Part shown: in pieces, positions 41,388 through 50,476 of the stretch
Layout of the letters: each line of letters begins with the position of its first letter
Numbering within the stretch: position 1 is the first letter of the stretch
Assembly: GCA_902793465.1 (NCBI GenBank)
Contig: CADBDT010000007.1
Location: 14,322-78,321 of the forward strand
DNA from: an uncultured Coriobacteriaceae bacterium
GTDB lineage: Bacteria > Actinomycetota > Coriobacteriia > Coriobacteriales > Atopobiaceae
Length of the DNA stretch: 64,000 bases
Direction: 5' to 3'
Position numbers and translations under genes: made by a program
Notes under the pieces: generated by a model
The model's input: only the letters and a program-made list of their open reading frames with translations
What the model was told of the DNA's origin: nothing
Database searches by the model: none

Positions 41388-41588
41388 ATGAAGCTGAATA
41401 AGGTAAGACTGGTTGCCGAGGACGGCGATGAAATGCAGGAAGAGTCGCTTGCAACGGATGTAAAAAACATAGTTGGCGGCGTAGCCACCATCGTCCTTAT
41501 TGTTGTTCCCATAATTATTATTCGCAAGCTCGTGCGTCGCATAGAGAACAGCGAAACATACAAGACCGTAGAGAACACGATTGGCTAG
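41388..41588 (+). CDS. Small single-TM peptide (66 aa) with an internal NIVGG motif
   Basis: GAGGAG lies 7 nt before the ATG. Acidic N-terminus, then GGVATIVLIVVPIIIIRKLVRR. Confidence 0.5.
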   Translation: MKLNKVRLVAEDGDEMQEESLATDVKNIVGGVATIVLIVVPIIIIRKLVRRIENSETYKTVENTIG

Positions 41589-41705
41589 GAACAGACAGTA
41601 GCTTCTGCAGGTAGGTACACTGCTGGGTAGCATCCTGCCCCCCGGACGAAGGCCGAGGCGCGAGGCAGGATGACTCGATGTCGGAGCCCTCATATTATGT
41701 CTTTG

Positions 41706-41745
41706 CAAAAAAGGGTGCGCGAGCCGGTTGGGGACCAGCTCGCGC
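41706..41745 (-). terminator. Rho-independent terminator after the ABC-F gene
   Basis: Minus strand reads GCGCGAGC-TGGTCCCCAACCG-GCTCGCGC, then ACCC, then TTTTTT. Confidence 0.55.
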
Positions 41746-41881
41746 CAAGGAAGGGATGGAACTTATTTATATGTACCTCATTCCGCGCTCGTTCGCGCGT
41801 ACCCTACGAACTTTTTCATAAAGCTATCATATTAACCTGCGTGTCTATACGAACACGGCAGCATATTAATAACAATATGCG

Positions 41882-43705
41882 TTACTCGATTCCAAGTCGC
41901 TCACAGAGTTCGAGCCACTCGGTCTCCAGCTCGTCGAGCGCACCTATTGCGGCATCAAGCTCCTCCTGCTTGGCCACCAACGCCGCAAAGTCCGTTGGAT
42001 CCACGAGCGCAAGCTCGGCACGCAACTTGTTGGGAAGGTCTTCGTTCTTTTTCATGCGGCGTTCCACCGCATCAAACCTCTTTTTGAGCTCTCGACGCTC
42101 GGCGTTTGAGAGCTGACCGGCTTGAGTCGTACGAGACTCCTTAGCGTCCTTATCGCCACCTTCCGTGCGCTTGTCCGTAGCCCGAGCAGCATCGAGCCTC
42201 TTTAGGTATTCGTCCACGCCGCCAGGGCAATGCAAGAGCTTTCCGTCTATGAGCGAGTACTGGTCGTCGGTAACGCGCTCCAGAAGCGAGCGATCGTGAC
42301 TAACCATAACGAGTGTTCCCGGCCAGGTGTCTAGCAAGTCTTCCACCACGGTTAGCATGTCGGTATCGAGGTCGTTTCCCGGCTCGTCCAAAATGAGTAC
42401 GTTTGGCTCCTCCATAAGGACGCAGAGTATGGCAAGACGTCGTCTCTGGCCGCCGGAAAGATCGGCCACATAACTCATGAGCTCCTTGCGCTGCAACCCC
42501 AGTCGCTCGGCCATCTGCTCTGGACTCAGGGTCTTTCCGTTTACGACATAGTAGCGCTTAAAGGTTCCCAAAAGCTCGCTTACGCGCCAATCGTCGTATT
42601 CCGCAAGTTGCTCCAGCCTTTGTCCCAACCACCCAAAATGCACCGTTTTGCCGATCTTTACCCATCCGGCAGTTGGTTTTTGCTTGCCGCCAATAACGCG
42701 TAGCAGTGTGGACTTGCCGGCGCCGTTCTCTCCAAGTATTCCCACGCGATCGCCAGGCCCTATGATCCACGACACGTTATCGAGGACCTTGGGTCCGTGG
42801 GTTCCATCGTCCAGCTTGTAGCTCAGGCTCACTTGTCGCAGTTCGACAACCTGCTTTCCCAACCGGCTCATGGCCATACGATGCAACTCCACCGGGTTTC
42901 TGAGCGGCGGGTCATTTTCTATGAGCGCCATTGCGGCATCTATGCGAAACTTTGGTTTGCTCGTGCGCGCCTTTGCCCCATGTGCGAGCCAATTGAGCTC
43001 CTTGCGCAACATGTTTTGTCTGCGGTCCTCTATGACCTTTGCCTGCCGCTCGCGCTCCAACCTCTGCTGTATGTATGCGGAGTAGCCGCCCTCAAAGGGA
43101 TCCACCTTGCCATCGTGGACCTCCCACATGGTGTTGCACACCTCGTCCAAAAACCACCTATCGTGCGTTACCACCAGCAGCGCTCCCCTGTCGCGCTGCC
43201 ATCTTCCCTGCAGGTGTTGCGCGAGCCACCGTATGGCATGAAGGTCAAGGTGGTTTGTGGGCTCGTCGAGCAGCAGGACGTCCCAGCGGCCAATAAGCAG
43301 GCGGGCTAAGTCGGCACGTCTCCGTTGTCCGCCAGAAAGGCTCCCCACACGCCCTTCCCAGTCCAGGTCACCCACGAGCTCGTCCAAAATCTGGCGTATG
43401 ACTGGATCCGATGCCCACTCGTAGGTGGGAACATCCCCCACAATTGCCTCACGTACCGTTGCGGTATCGCTCAGGTGGTCCCCCTGGCCAAGCATGCCAA
43501 CGGATATTCCGCCTCTATACACAACAGAGCCACTGTCGGGCTCTATCTCTTGTCCTAAAAGCGAGAGGAGCGTGGACTTACCATCGCCATTTTGCCCTAC
43601 GATCCCTATGCGATCGCCCTCGTACACGCCGAGCGTCTGGTTGGCAAGCACGCGCTTTCCCGGCCATTCGTGGCAGAGGTTTTCTGCGCCAATGAGTATG
43701 CCCAA
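41882..43705 (-). CDS. ABC-F family ATPase (tandem ABC domains, no TM; Uup/EttA-like)
   Basis: Two Walker A motifs (GQNGDGKST, GENGAGKST), two LSGGQRRR signatures, and a C-terminal coiled coil. TTG 43705 chosen as the start (AGAGGGGG upstream, directly after the nfo stop). Confidence 0.88.
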   Translation of the reverse strand: MGILIGAENLCHEWPGKRVLANQTLGVYEGDRIGIVGQNGDGKSTLLSLLGQEIEPDSGSVVYRGGISVGMLGQGDHLSDTATVREAIVGDVPTYEWASDPVIRQILDELVGDLDWEGRVGSLSGGQRRRADLARLLIGRWDVLLLDEPTNHLDLHAIRWLAQHLQGRWQRDRGALLVVTHDRWFLDEVCNTMWEVHDGKVDPFEGGYSAYIQQRLERERQAKVIEDRRQNMLRKELNWLAHGAKARTSKPKFRIDAAMALIENDPPLRNPVELHRMAMSRLGKQVVELRQVSLSYKLDDGTHGPKVLDNVSWIIGPGDRVGILGENGAGKSTLLRVIGGKQKPTAGWVKIGKTVHFGWLGQRLEQLAEYDDWRVSELLGTFKRYYVVNGKTLSPEQMAERLGLQRKELMSYVADLSGGQRRRLAILCVLMEEPNVLILDEPGNDLDTDMLTVVEDLLDTWPGTLVMVSHDRSLLERVTDDQYSLIDGKLLHCPGGVDEYLKRLDAARATDKRTEGGDKDAKESRTTQAGQLSNAERRELKKRFDAVERRMKKNEDLPNKLRAELALVDPTDFAALVAKQEELDAAIGALDELETEWLELCERLGIE

Positions 43706-43706
43706 A

Positions 43707-44564
43707 CTAGCGCACCCCCTCTTGGTGCAACCTGCGCAACAGGTCAATCTCGGCCGCATAGCCGTCCAGCTCGTTGGGCGTCTCTAGAATCATGGGAAGG
43801 TCGCACAGCTTGGGATTGCATACCACCTGCTCAAACGCCTGTATTCCAAGGTGGCCCTTGCCAATCTTTTCGTGACGGTCCTTGTGAGACCCACGAGGAT
43901 TCTTGGAGTCGTTTAGATGCAATGCCTTGAGCCTTTCGAGCCCTATTATCCTATCGAACTCGCTCAGAACCTCTTCCAGGTTCTCCCGTATATCGTATCC
44001 GCCATCCCACACATGGCATGTATCCAGGCACACACCCAGCATGTTGCCGCATCTGCAGCGCTCCATAATGCGAGCGAGCTCCTCGAAGGTCCTCCCCACC
44101 TCGGAGCCTTTTCCCGCCATCGTCTCTAGCAGCACGGTCGTCTTCATACCCGGCTCATATGCCTGGTCGAGGCCAGCACATATTAGGTCTATGCCAGCGT
44201 CTGCCCCTTGCCCCACGTGGCTTCCGGGATGGAAGTTGTAGTAGTTGTGTGGCAGCAGCTCCATGCGTTGTAGGTCCTCGGCCATGGCACGACGGGCAAA
44301 ATCCACGACGTCAGGCTTAGCGGAGCAGAGGTTGAGCGTGTACGGAGCGTGGGCCACAAGCTTGCCAAAGCCATTTGCGTCCATATGGGCTTGCAGCTTT
44401 GCCACGTCCTCTTTGTCTATGGCCTTTGCGTTGCCACCACGTGGGTTACGTGTAAAGAACGCAAAGGTGTTTGCACCTATTGACGTGGCAGTACGACCCA
44501 TGGCCGCAAAGCCTTTTGCGGCCGAAAGATGGCATCCCAGAACGATACCTGGATTGTTAGACAT
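43707..44564 (-). CDS. nfo: Deoxyribonuclease IV (endonuclease IV)
   Basis: HAPYTLNL, LETMAGKGSE, CLDTCH and HLNDS motifs. Confidence 0.93.
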   Translation of the reverse strand: MSNNPGIVLGCHLSAAKGFAAMGRTATSIGANTFAFFTRNPRGGNAKAIDKEDVAKLQAHMDANGFGKLVAHAPYTLNLCSAKPDVVDFARRAMAEDLQRMELLPHNYYNFHPGSHVGQGADAGIDLICAGLDQAYEPGMKTTVLLETMAGKGSEVGRTFEELARIMERCRCGNMLGVCLDTCHVWDGGYDIRENLEEVLSEFDRIIGLERLKALHLNDSKNPRGSHKDRHEKIGKGHLGIQAFEQVVCNPKLCDLPMILETPNELDGYAAEIDLLRRLHQEGVR

Positions 44565-44594
44565 TGCATTACCACCAAACAGAAGAGATAAGAA

Positions 44595-45845
44595 TCAGAG
44601 CATTGAGGACACGGTGTCCAGTATACGTACAGCCACATCCTGCTTCGAGAGCGTGGGCAGTTTGTCTACGCCGTCCTTAAACACCAACGTAACGCGATTC
44701 GTGTCCGAGCCAAACCCGGAGTCCTTGCGACTCACGTCGTTTGCCACCACAAGGTCGCAGCCCTTCTTGCAAAGCTTTGCCTGGGCATTGCTTACGAGGT
44801 CGTTTGTTTCGGCCGCAAATCCCACCACCACGCGGTGACGTCCCTCATCCTTGCAGCCTGACAGCTTTGCAAGGATGTCCTTGGTCTTTACCAGCGCAAT
44901 GGATTCGAGGTCTTCCTTGTTCTTCTTAAGCTTGTGGTCGGCAGGACATGCTGGGGTGTAGTCGGCAACAGCCGCCGCACATATGGCAACGTCCGCACGC
45001 TCGAACGCACTCACCGCAGCGTCATACATCTGCGCTGCCGAAACCACATCCACGACTTCCGCCCCATCTGGCGGCTCTATTGACACAGGGCCAGAAACCA
45101 GAATCACATGTGCGTCGCGCTGCAGAGCCTCCCGCGCAATTGCGTAGCCCATCTTTCCGCTCGACGCGTTTGCTATGTAGCGCACCGGATCTATGGCCTC
45201 ATGAGTGGGACCCGCCGTTATGAGGACGGTTTTTCCAGAAAGTGACAAGTTCGACTGCTCGGGCTCGTTGTTGGTCATACTATCGTTTTGATGGCCAAGA
45301 ACGGCCAGAACAGCTGCGGCAATGTCTTCTACCTGTGCAAGCTTGCCTTCGCCCACTGCGTCGCACGCAAGATGGCCAACCTCGGGCGTTACCAAATGCA
45401 CCCCGCGCTCGGACAGAACACGCACGTTGTTCCTTGTGGCCTGCGAAAGCCACATGTTTGTGTTCATGGCGGGTGCTACGACCACAGGCGTTTGTCCAGG
45501 CACCGCAAGAAGCGTTGCGGACACCATGTTGTCGGCAAGGCCGCACGCCATCTTTGCCATTATGTTCGCCGTTGCCGGGGCCACGAGCACGACGTCTGCC
45601 CATGTAGCCATCTCTATGTGCGCGATGGTGGAATCGGGCGCGTCGTACAGGGTATGGGCCAAACGCCTATGCGTAAGTCCCTCCCACGTTGCGGCACCCA
45701 CGAACTGCAGGCTGTCCTCGGTGCATGCCACGCGCACGTCGCAGCCGCTCTTTTGCAGCAGCCTGAGTACCTCCACTGCCTTGTACGCCGCAATGCCGCC
45801 GCTCACGCAGAGCAGCACGCGAGGCGCGTTCTCGTTTTTTGTCAC
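44595..45845 (-). CDS. coaBC: Bifunctional phosphopantothenoylcysteine decarboxylase / phosphopantothenate-cysteine ligase
   Basis: LCVSGGIAAYK flavoprotein N-terminus, and ITAGPTHEAIDPVRYIANASSGKMG in the C-terminal ligase. Confidence 0.95.
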   Translation of the reverse strand: MTKNENAPRVLLCVSGGIAAYKAVEVLRLLQKSGCDVRVACTEDSLQFVGAATWEGLTHRRLAHTLYDAPDSTIAHIEMATWADVVLVAPATANIMAKMACGLADNMVSATLLAVPGQTPVVVAPAMNTNMWLSQATRNNVRVLSERGVHLVTPEVGHLACDAVGEGKLAQVEDIAAAVLAVLGHQNDSMTNNEPEQSNLSLSGKTVLITAGPTHEAIDPVRYIANASSGKMGYAIAREALQRDAHVILVSGPVSIEPPDGAEVVDVVSAAQMYDAAVSAFERADVAICAAAVADYTPACPADHKLKKNKEDLESIALVKTKDILAKLSGCKDEGRHRVVVGFAAETNDLVSNAQAKLCKKGCDLVVANDVSRKDSGFGSDTNRVTLVFKDGVDKLPTLSKQDVAVRILDTVSSML

Positions 45846-45857
45846 GCTGCCCCCTCT

Positions 45858-46586
45858 TTATGCGTTGAGGTCAAACATGCCGTCGGTGACCAGCAGCCTA
45901 TGGCAGTACGGGCATTCGGTAATGCTAGGCCCTCGGCGTATGTCGCCAAACGAGCTTGCGGGAATGGTTACGCGGCAGATGGAAGGCTGGCTGGCACGCA
46001 GCGTCTCCACCGCAAGGCCGTCAAACCTACGTGCGGCCGCCTCGTAGCGGGCCATCACGTCGTCGGACAGGTATTGGCACACTTCCTTGCGCTCCGCCAA
46101 AAGCTCGCGAATGCCCTGTCGCACCTGAGCCGTGCTCTGGTTAAGGGACTCCAGCAACGCCTCGTCCTCCATCTGGAGCTTCTTGTCGAGCGCAAGGGCA
46201 TCGCTTTCGCGCTTGTGGGCCACCTCGGCCTTCGCAACAAGGTCGCCATGCTTGAACTCGAGCTTTTCCATGCGCTTGGCCAGCGTGGAAAGACGCGACT
46301 CGAGATCGGCCAGCTCGCGATAGCCCGCCTCGCCGGAGGCGTACTTCTCCTGAATCTCCTCGACCTGTTCCTCCGCACGCCTGTGGGAGGCTTCGTTTTC
46401 CTCCAAGTCCATGTCCGCATCCTTGCGTATGCCCACGATCTTGGATATCTCCCCTGCAAGCTTCTTGCGGGCGGTAGCAACGGCCAGCCTTTTCTTTGCC
46501 TGCGGCATGTTGTCGAGCTTGCTCTTGCTTCGCATGAGCGCAAGGTCGATCTCCTGGATGCGCACCAAAGCTTCCGTCTCTTTCAT
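45858..46586 (-). CDS. COG1579/DUF164-type coiled-coil protein with C-terminal C4 zinc ribbon
   Basis: Long heptad region and C-terminal CRV...CPYCHRLL. Start set at ATG 46586 (GGAGG 5 nt upstream). Confidence 0.8.
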   Translation of the reverse strand: MKETEALVRIQEIDLALMRSKSKLDNMPQAKKRLAVATARKKLAGEISKIVGIRKDADMDLEENEASHRRAEEQVEEIQEKYASGEAGYRELADLESRLSTLAKRMEKLEFKHGDLVAKAEVAHKRESDALALDKKLQMEDEALLESLNQSTAQVRQGIRELLAERKEVCQYLSDDVMARYEAAARRFDGLAVETLRASQPSICRVTIPASSFGDIRRGPSITECPYCHRLLVTDGMFDLNA

Positions 46587-46697
46587 GGCCACCTCCACAC
46601 TTTAGATGCTTGGGTTACATGTTACACGTTGCACGCACCAACGGAGCGCATCAGCACGAAAATATGTAGCACGGCCCTGCTGCGTTCGTGCACAGAC

Positions 46698-46891
46698 GGT
46701 AGGCCCAGGGGGAGCCGAGACGGGCGGCGGTATGGCGAGGCGGCGTGGAAGAGGCCGTGCTCAGGCAGTCCTCGCGCGATTAGCGAACACGAAACCTTAA
46801 TGGTTTTCCCGCGCTGCGGAACTGCGCGCGGCCTCGGTCCATGCCGCCTCGCTTCATACCGCCGCCCGTCTCGGCTCCCCCTGGGCCTACC
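46698..46891. repeat. Family-1 structured repeat, copy B (forward; full length with apical module)
   Basis: The outer 37 nt of each arm are exact reverse complements (GGTAGGCCCAGGGGGAGCCGAGACGGGCGGCGGTATG). The cores are present, with a 42-nt apical insert. It ends 18 nt after the MFS stop. Confidence 0.92.
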
Positions 46892-46909
46892 GCCTGACTG
46901 GACTCTCTA

Positions 46910-48109
46910 TTACTGGCCTTTTGCGCCTGCAGTCAGACGCCGAATGCCGTAGACCATGAGCAGCGTACCGCACGTAGATACGACAACGCCAACCACCAGC
47001 ACCGGGCGCACCTCCAGAAACTGGAACAACCATCCTCCCAGAAAGCTCGAAAGGAGCATGCCGACGGCGCCCGACGCTGCAAACACCGCCTGGCCCTTGT
47101 TGCGGTCTGCCTCGCCCACGTAGTCGTTGGCAAGATACACCGTGCCAGTAAATATTGCGGCAAAGCTTACCATCTGCAGGGCCATGGCCCCGTAGAGCAT
47201 AAAAGCGTTGCTAGTAAACAGGACAATCGCATGCTTTACGGTAAAGAACACGGAGGCGGCTACGATGATCTTTGGAACGCCAAACTTCCGCATGAGCAAC
47301 GAGAACCCAAACATCGAGGGCAGCTCGGACATGGCCTGTATGAAGAGGGCTGTTCCCTGAATTCCCTCCACGTCGCTTGTTGCAAAGGTGCCGATGATCT
47401 TTGCCATATAGGTCTGGATCAGATAGTGGCAGAAGTACATGAGGACCAACGCCAGCACCACCAGCGTAACGTCCTTGTATCGAGAGAAGAACTGGAATAT
47501 GGATATCGGCTTTTCCACATTCTCGTGCTTGTTGTTGCCCGCCATGTCTTTTGGGGCATCGGGCATGAGCATGACCGCCACAAGCGTGAACACGGCACTC
47601 ACAATGCACCATACGGGCAATGACGTACGACCCATTGCTGCCCACAGCCTACCCAGAACCGCGGACCCAACGGCAAAGGCGGCCGACCCCAACCCACGAC
47701 AAAGGCCATAGTTTATTACTCCGCCGGCCTTCTCGTATATGAACGCCATGCCGTTGAGCAGCGGAACTCCCACGCTTGCGCTCATGAATGCGATTACGAC
47801 GACAGGCAGGATCAAAAAAGCGCCTGCCGGCACCACCAACAGCAGCGCACAGAACGCCGCGCAAACGACCATGGAAGCAGCGATGAACATCTTTTGCGTT
47901 AGCTTGCTCGAGCGATCAACGATGTCCGCAACAAACGGCCCCACGAATACTCCCAGCAGGCTGATGAGCGATATGGTAGTTCCCGTTGTCGCATCGTCGA
48001 AGCCGCTCTGCGAGAGGAAGTTGTAGGCGAACCCAAAGGTGGCGCTAGCCAACAGCATAGATCCTATGGTAACGAGCGAATACCTTACGTTGAGTAGCTT
48101 GTAGCTCAT
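46910..48109 (-). CDS. MFS transporter
   Basis: About 12 hydrophobic segments and MFS-like loop motifs. Start refined to ATG 48109 (MSYKLLNVRYS). Confidence 0.8.
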   Translation of the reverse strand: MSYKLLNVRYSLVTIGSMLLASATFGFAYNFLSQSGFDDATTGTTISLISLLGVFVGPFVADIVDRSSKLTQKMFIAASMVVCAAFCALLLVVPAGAFLILPVVVIAFMSASVGVPLLNGMAFIYEKAGGVINYGLCRGLGSAAFAVGSAVLGRLWAAMGRTSLPVWCIVSAVFTLVAVMLMPDAPKDMAGNNKHENVEKPISIFQFFSRYKDVTLVVLALVLMYFCHYLIQTYMAKIIGTFATSDVEGIQGTALFIQAMSELPSMFGFSLLMRKFGVPKIIVAASVFFTVKHAIVLFTSNAFMLYGAMALQMVSFAAIFTGTVYLANDYVGEADRNKGQAVFAASGAVGMLLSSFLGGWLFQFLEVRPVLVVGVVVSTCGTLLMVYGIRRLTAGAKGQ

Positions 48110-48234
48110 CTCTACCCCTATGCATGCGCTTGCAATTCTCTTTTGAATATGGGGATAGATTATGGGGCATAACCACATGAGAGCTACATGCCATAAGTTA
48201 TAAGGTAGCCGGACCACCGCAAATGGGTAATCGG

Positions 48235-49416
48235 CTAGCGCAACGAAGTCACGACCCCCATAAGGGCGTCTGCAAAAGCATCCAGCTCCTCTTGACCCAC
48301 ACGCTCGTCAAACGATATGCGCAAAGATCCGAGCGCGTCGTTTCTGGAGATGCCCATAGCTGTAAGAACATGGCTCGCATCCAGCGACCCGCTCGCACAT
48401 GCCGACGCGGCGCTCACCTCGAAGCCGAGGTTGTCCATCTGAAGCACGAGCGACTCGGAGTCCAGCCCCGGAACCATAACGCTCACCATGCCGGGCAGAC
48501 GGTCGGCTTCCGCCATGTTGCCCATGGTGGGAACGATTCCCGTACCCGGTGCGCATATGCGATCGTACAGCCCGTCCGTGCGCTTGCGCACTTCCTCGCG
48601 CTCGCGCTCCATACCCACGGAGCAGGCACGGGCTGCGGCAGCCAGGGCCAGCGCCCCACGAACGTCCTGCGTCCCGGGACGTATGCCGCGTTCTTGTCCG
48701 CCGCCGAACGTCTGTGGCCTAAGCGACACGTTGCCCCTTACCACAAGCGCTCCCGTTCCCACCGGTGCGCCAATCTTGTGACCCACGATTCCCACGGCAT
48801 CGCACCCCGAGACGTCGAGGGGAACCTTCGCGAATCCCTGGGCCGCGTCGGTGTAGAACATGGCGCCCGCCTTGTGAGAAAGGCGAGCGAGGTCTGCAAG
48901 GGGTTGGATGGCACCGGTCTCGTTGTTTGCCGCCATAACGCTTACCACGGCCACGTCGCCGCCGTCGCCGAGTGCGGCTCCAAGCGTGCTCGCCTCCACC
49001 ACGCCCTCGCGCGACGGCGCAAGGAGGCCGACCTCGAACCCGAGCGCACGCATGTGCGGCACCACGTCGAGGACGGAGTCGTGCTCGATCGCAGATACCA
49101 GGACGCGCACCCTGCGCCGGTCCTTGGCGCGGGCGCCCTGCGCCATTCCCACGAGCGCAAGGTTGTTGTTCTCGGTGCCGCCGGACGTGAACACCACGTC
49201 GGAAGGACGAAACCTGCCGCCGAGCAGCCGCGCTAAATCGCGGCGCGCCCCGTCCAGCGCACGAGCGGCCTCGCGCCCCGCCGTATGGAGCGAGTTGGGG
49301 TTCGCGCCCGCATAGCCGCTGCTCTCGTATGCCCGCTCCGCATCCAGGGCCTCCTGGCGTATGGGTGCCGACGCGGCATAGTCCAAATATATGCGCCGGA
49401 GCACCTGAGGGCTCAC
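48235..49416 (-). CDS. Cysteine desulfurase (class V aminotransferase, NifS/IscS-like)
   Basis: IYLDYAASAP, SGGTENNNLA, and PLP-lysine region GHKIGAPVGTGALV. Confidence 0.9.
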   Translation of the reverse strand: MSPQVLRRIYLDYAASAPIRQEALDAERAYESSGYAGANPNSLHTAGREAARALDGARRDLARLLGGRFRPSDVVFTSGGTENNNLALVGMAQGARAKDRRRVRVLVSAIEHDSVLDVVPHMRALGFEVGLLAPSREGVVEASTLGAALGDGGDVAVVSVMAANNETGAIQPLADLARLSHKAGAMFYTDAAQGFAKVPLDVSGCDAVGIVGHKIGAPVGTGALVVRGNVSLRPQTFGGGQERGIRPGTQDVRGALALAAAARACSVGMEREREEVRKRTDGLYDRICAPGTGIVPTMGNMAEADRLPGMVSVMVPGLDSESLVLQMDNLGFEVSAASACASGSLDASHVLTAMGISRNDALGSLRISFDERVGQEELDAFADALMGVVTSLR

Positions 49417-50093
49417 AGGTCCCTCATCTCCATGCCGCGCATTCCCTCGTTGCGCATGTTCTCCACGGCCTGCGCATGGTCGGGAGCGTCGAACACGGCA
49501 CTACCGCCCACCAGCACGTTTGCTCCTGCCGCCACAACCCGTGCGGCGTTGGCGGCCGAAATACCGCCGTCGATCTCTACCAACGGGCGTACGGAATGGC
49601 TCTTGCACAAGGCGGTAAGCTTGTAGAGCTGCGTGTAGGTGTGCTCTATGAATTGCTGGCCAGAAAACCCCGGGTTAACCGACATAACAAGCACCATATC
49701 CAGGTAATCTATTATTGCGTCGAGCGAAGACACAGCCGTACCTGGGTTTATGGCAACGGCGGCCTTCCTCCCCTGCTTATGTATCTCGTCGACCATGCGA
49801 TGCGCGTGCTTGCAGGTCTCAAGATGGAAGGTAAGGACGTCTGCGCCGGCGTTAAGGTAGTCGCGAAACACCTCGTCGGGGTTGCTCACCATCATGTGAA
49901 CGTCTACCGGAAGGTCCGTACCGCGCTTAACAGTGCGAAGAATCCCTGGTCCAAATGATATGTTGGGCACAAAGTCGCCGTCCATAACGTCGTAATGAAT
50001 AAAGTCGGCGTTGCTTACGCTCTGCAGCTCTTCGCCCAGTCTAAGAAAGTCCGCGGCCAGGATGGATGGTGCAATTCGCACGTTCTTGGTCAT
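49413..50093 (-). CDS. rpe: Ribulose-phosphate 3-epimerase
   Basis: IAPSILAADF, HYDVMDG and VNPGFSGQ motifs. Confidence 0.95.
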   Translation of the reverse strand: MTKNVRIAPSILAADFLRLGEELQSVSNADFIHYDVMDGDFVPNISFGPGILRTVKRGTDLPVDVHMMVSNPDEVFRDYLNAGADVLTFHLETCKHAHRMVDEIHKQGRKAAVAINPGTAVSSLDAIIDYLDMVLVMSVNPGFSGQQFIEHTYTQLYKLTALCKSHSVRPLVEIDGGISAANAARVVAAGANVLVGGSAVFDAPDHAQAVENMRNEGMRGMEMRDL

Positions 50094-50216
50094 GTGGCAG
50101 CTCCCGTTTGCTCGAACCTTTATGCACCCATTCTAGCATGCACTGCAGCAACTGCCCGCAATGCCTCCCAAACCACAAATAAGGGGTACTACGAAAGCCC
50201 ATGGTGGTAATACATG

Positions 50217-50363
50217 CCTGCAGACCGCCCCACCCATCAGCCCGACCAGCGAGGCGCTGTAGAAAGCAGCCGCGCGCAGTTCCGCAGGAACGAGGACTGT
50301 TTGAGCACGGCGCTTATCCACGGTGCCTTGCTGGTCGGGCTGATGGGTGGCGCGGTCTGCAGG
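50217..50363. repeat. Family-1 structured repeat, copy C (reverse orientation; minimal apical loop)
   Basis: Arms CCTGCAGACCGCCCCACCCATCAGCCCGACCAGCGAGGC / GCCTTGCTGGTCGGGCTGATGGGTGGCGCGGTCTGCAGG. Cores are in reverse complement. It lies in the divergent rpe/glgB intergenic region. Confidence 0.9.
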
Positions 50364-50476
50364 CACGACACGTCGTCGAACCTGTAGCCCGTTTGTGGTC
50401 AGTTATTGCACGGTTTGCCCTCTTGCATGGTTTGGAGTACTATGCTTCGGCTACGTGCAAACAGGCGGGAGGCTTC

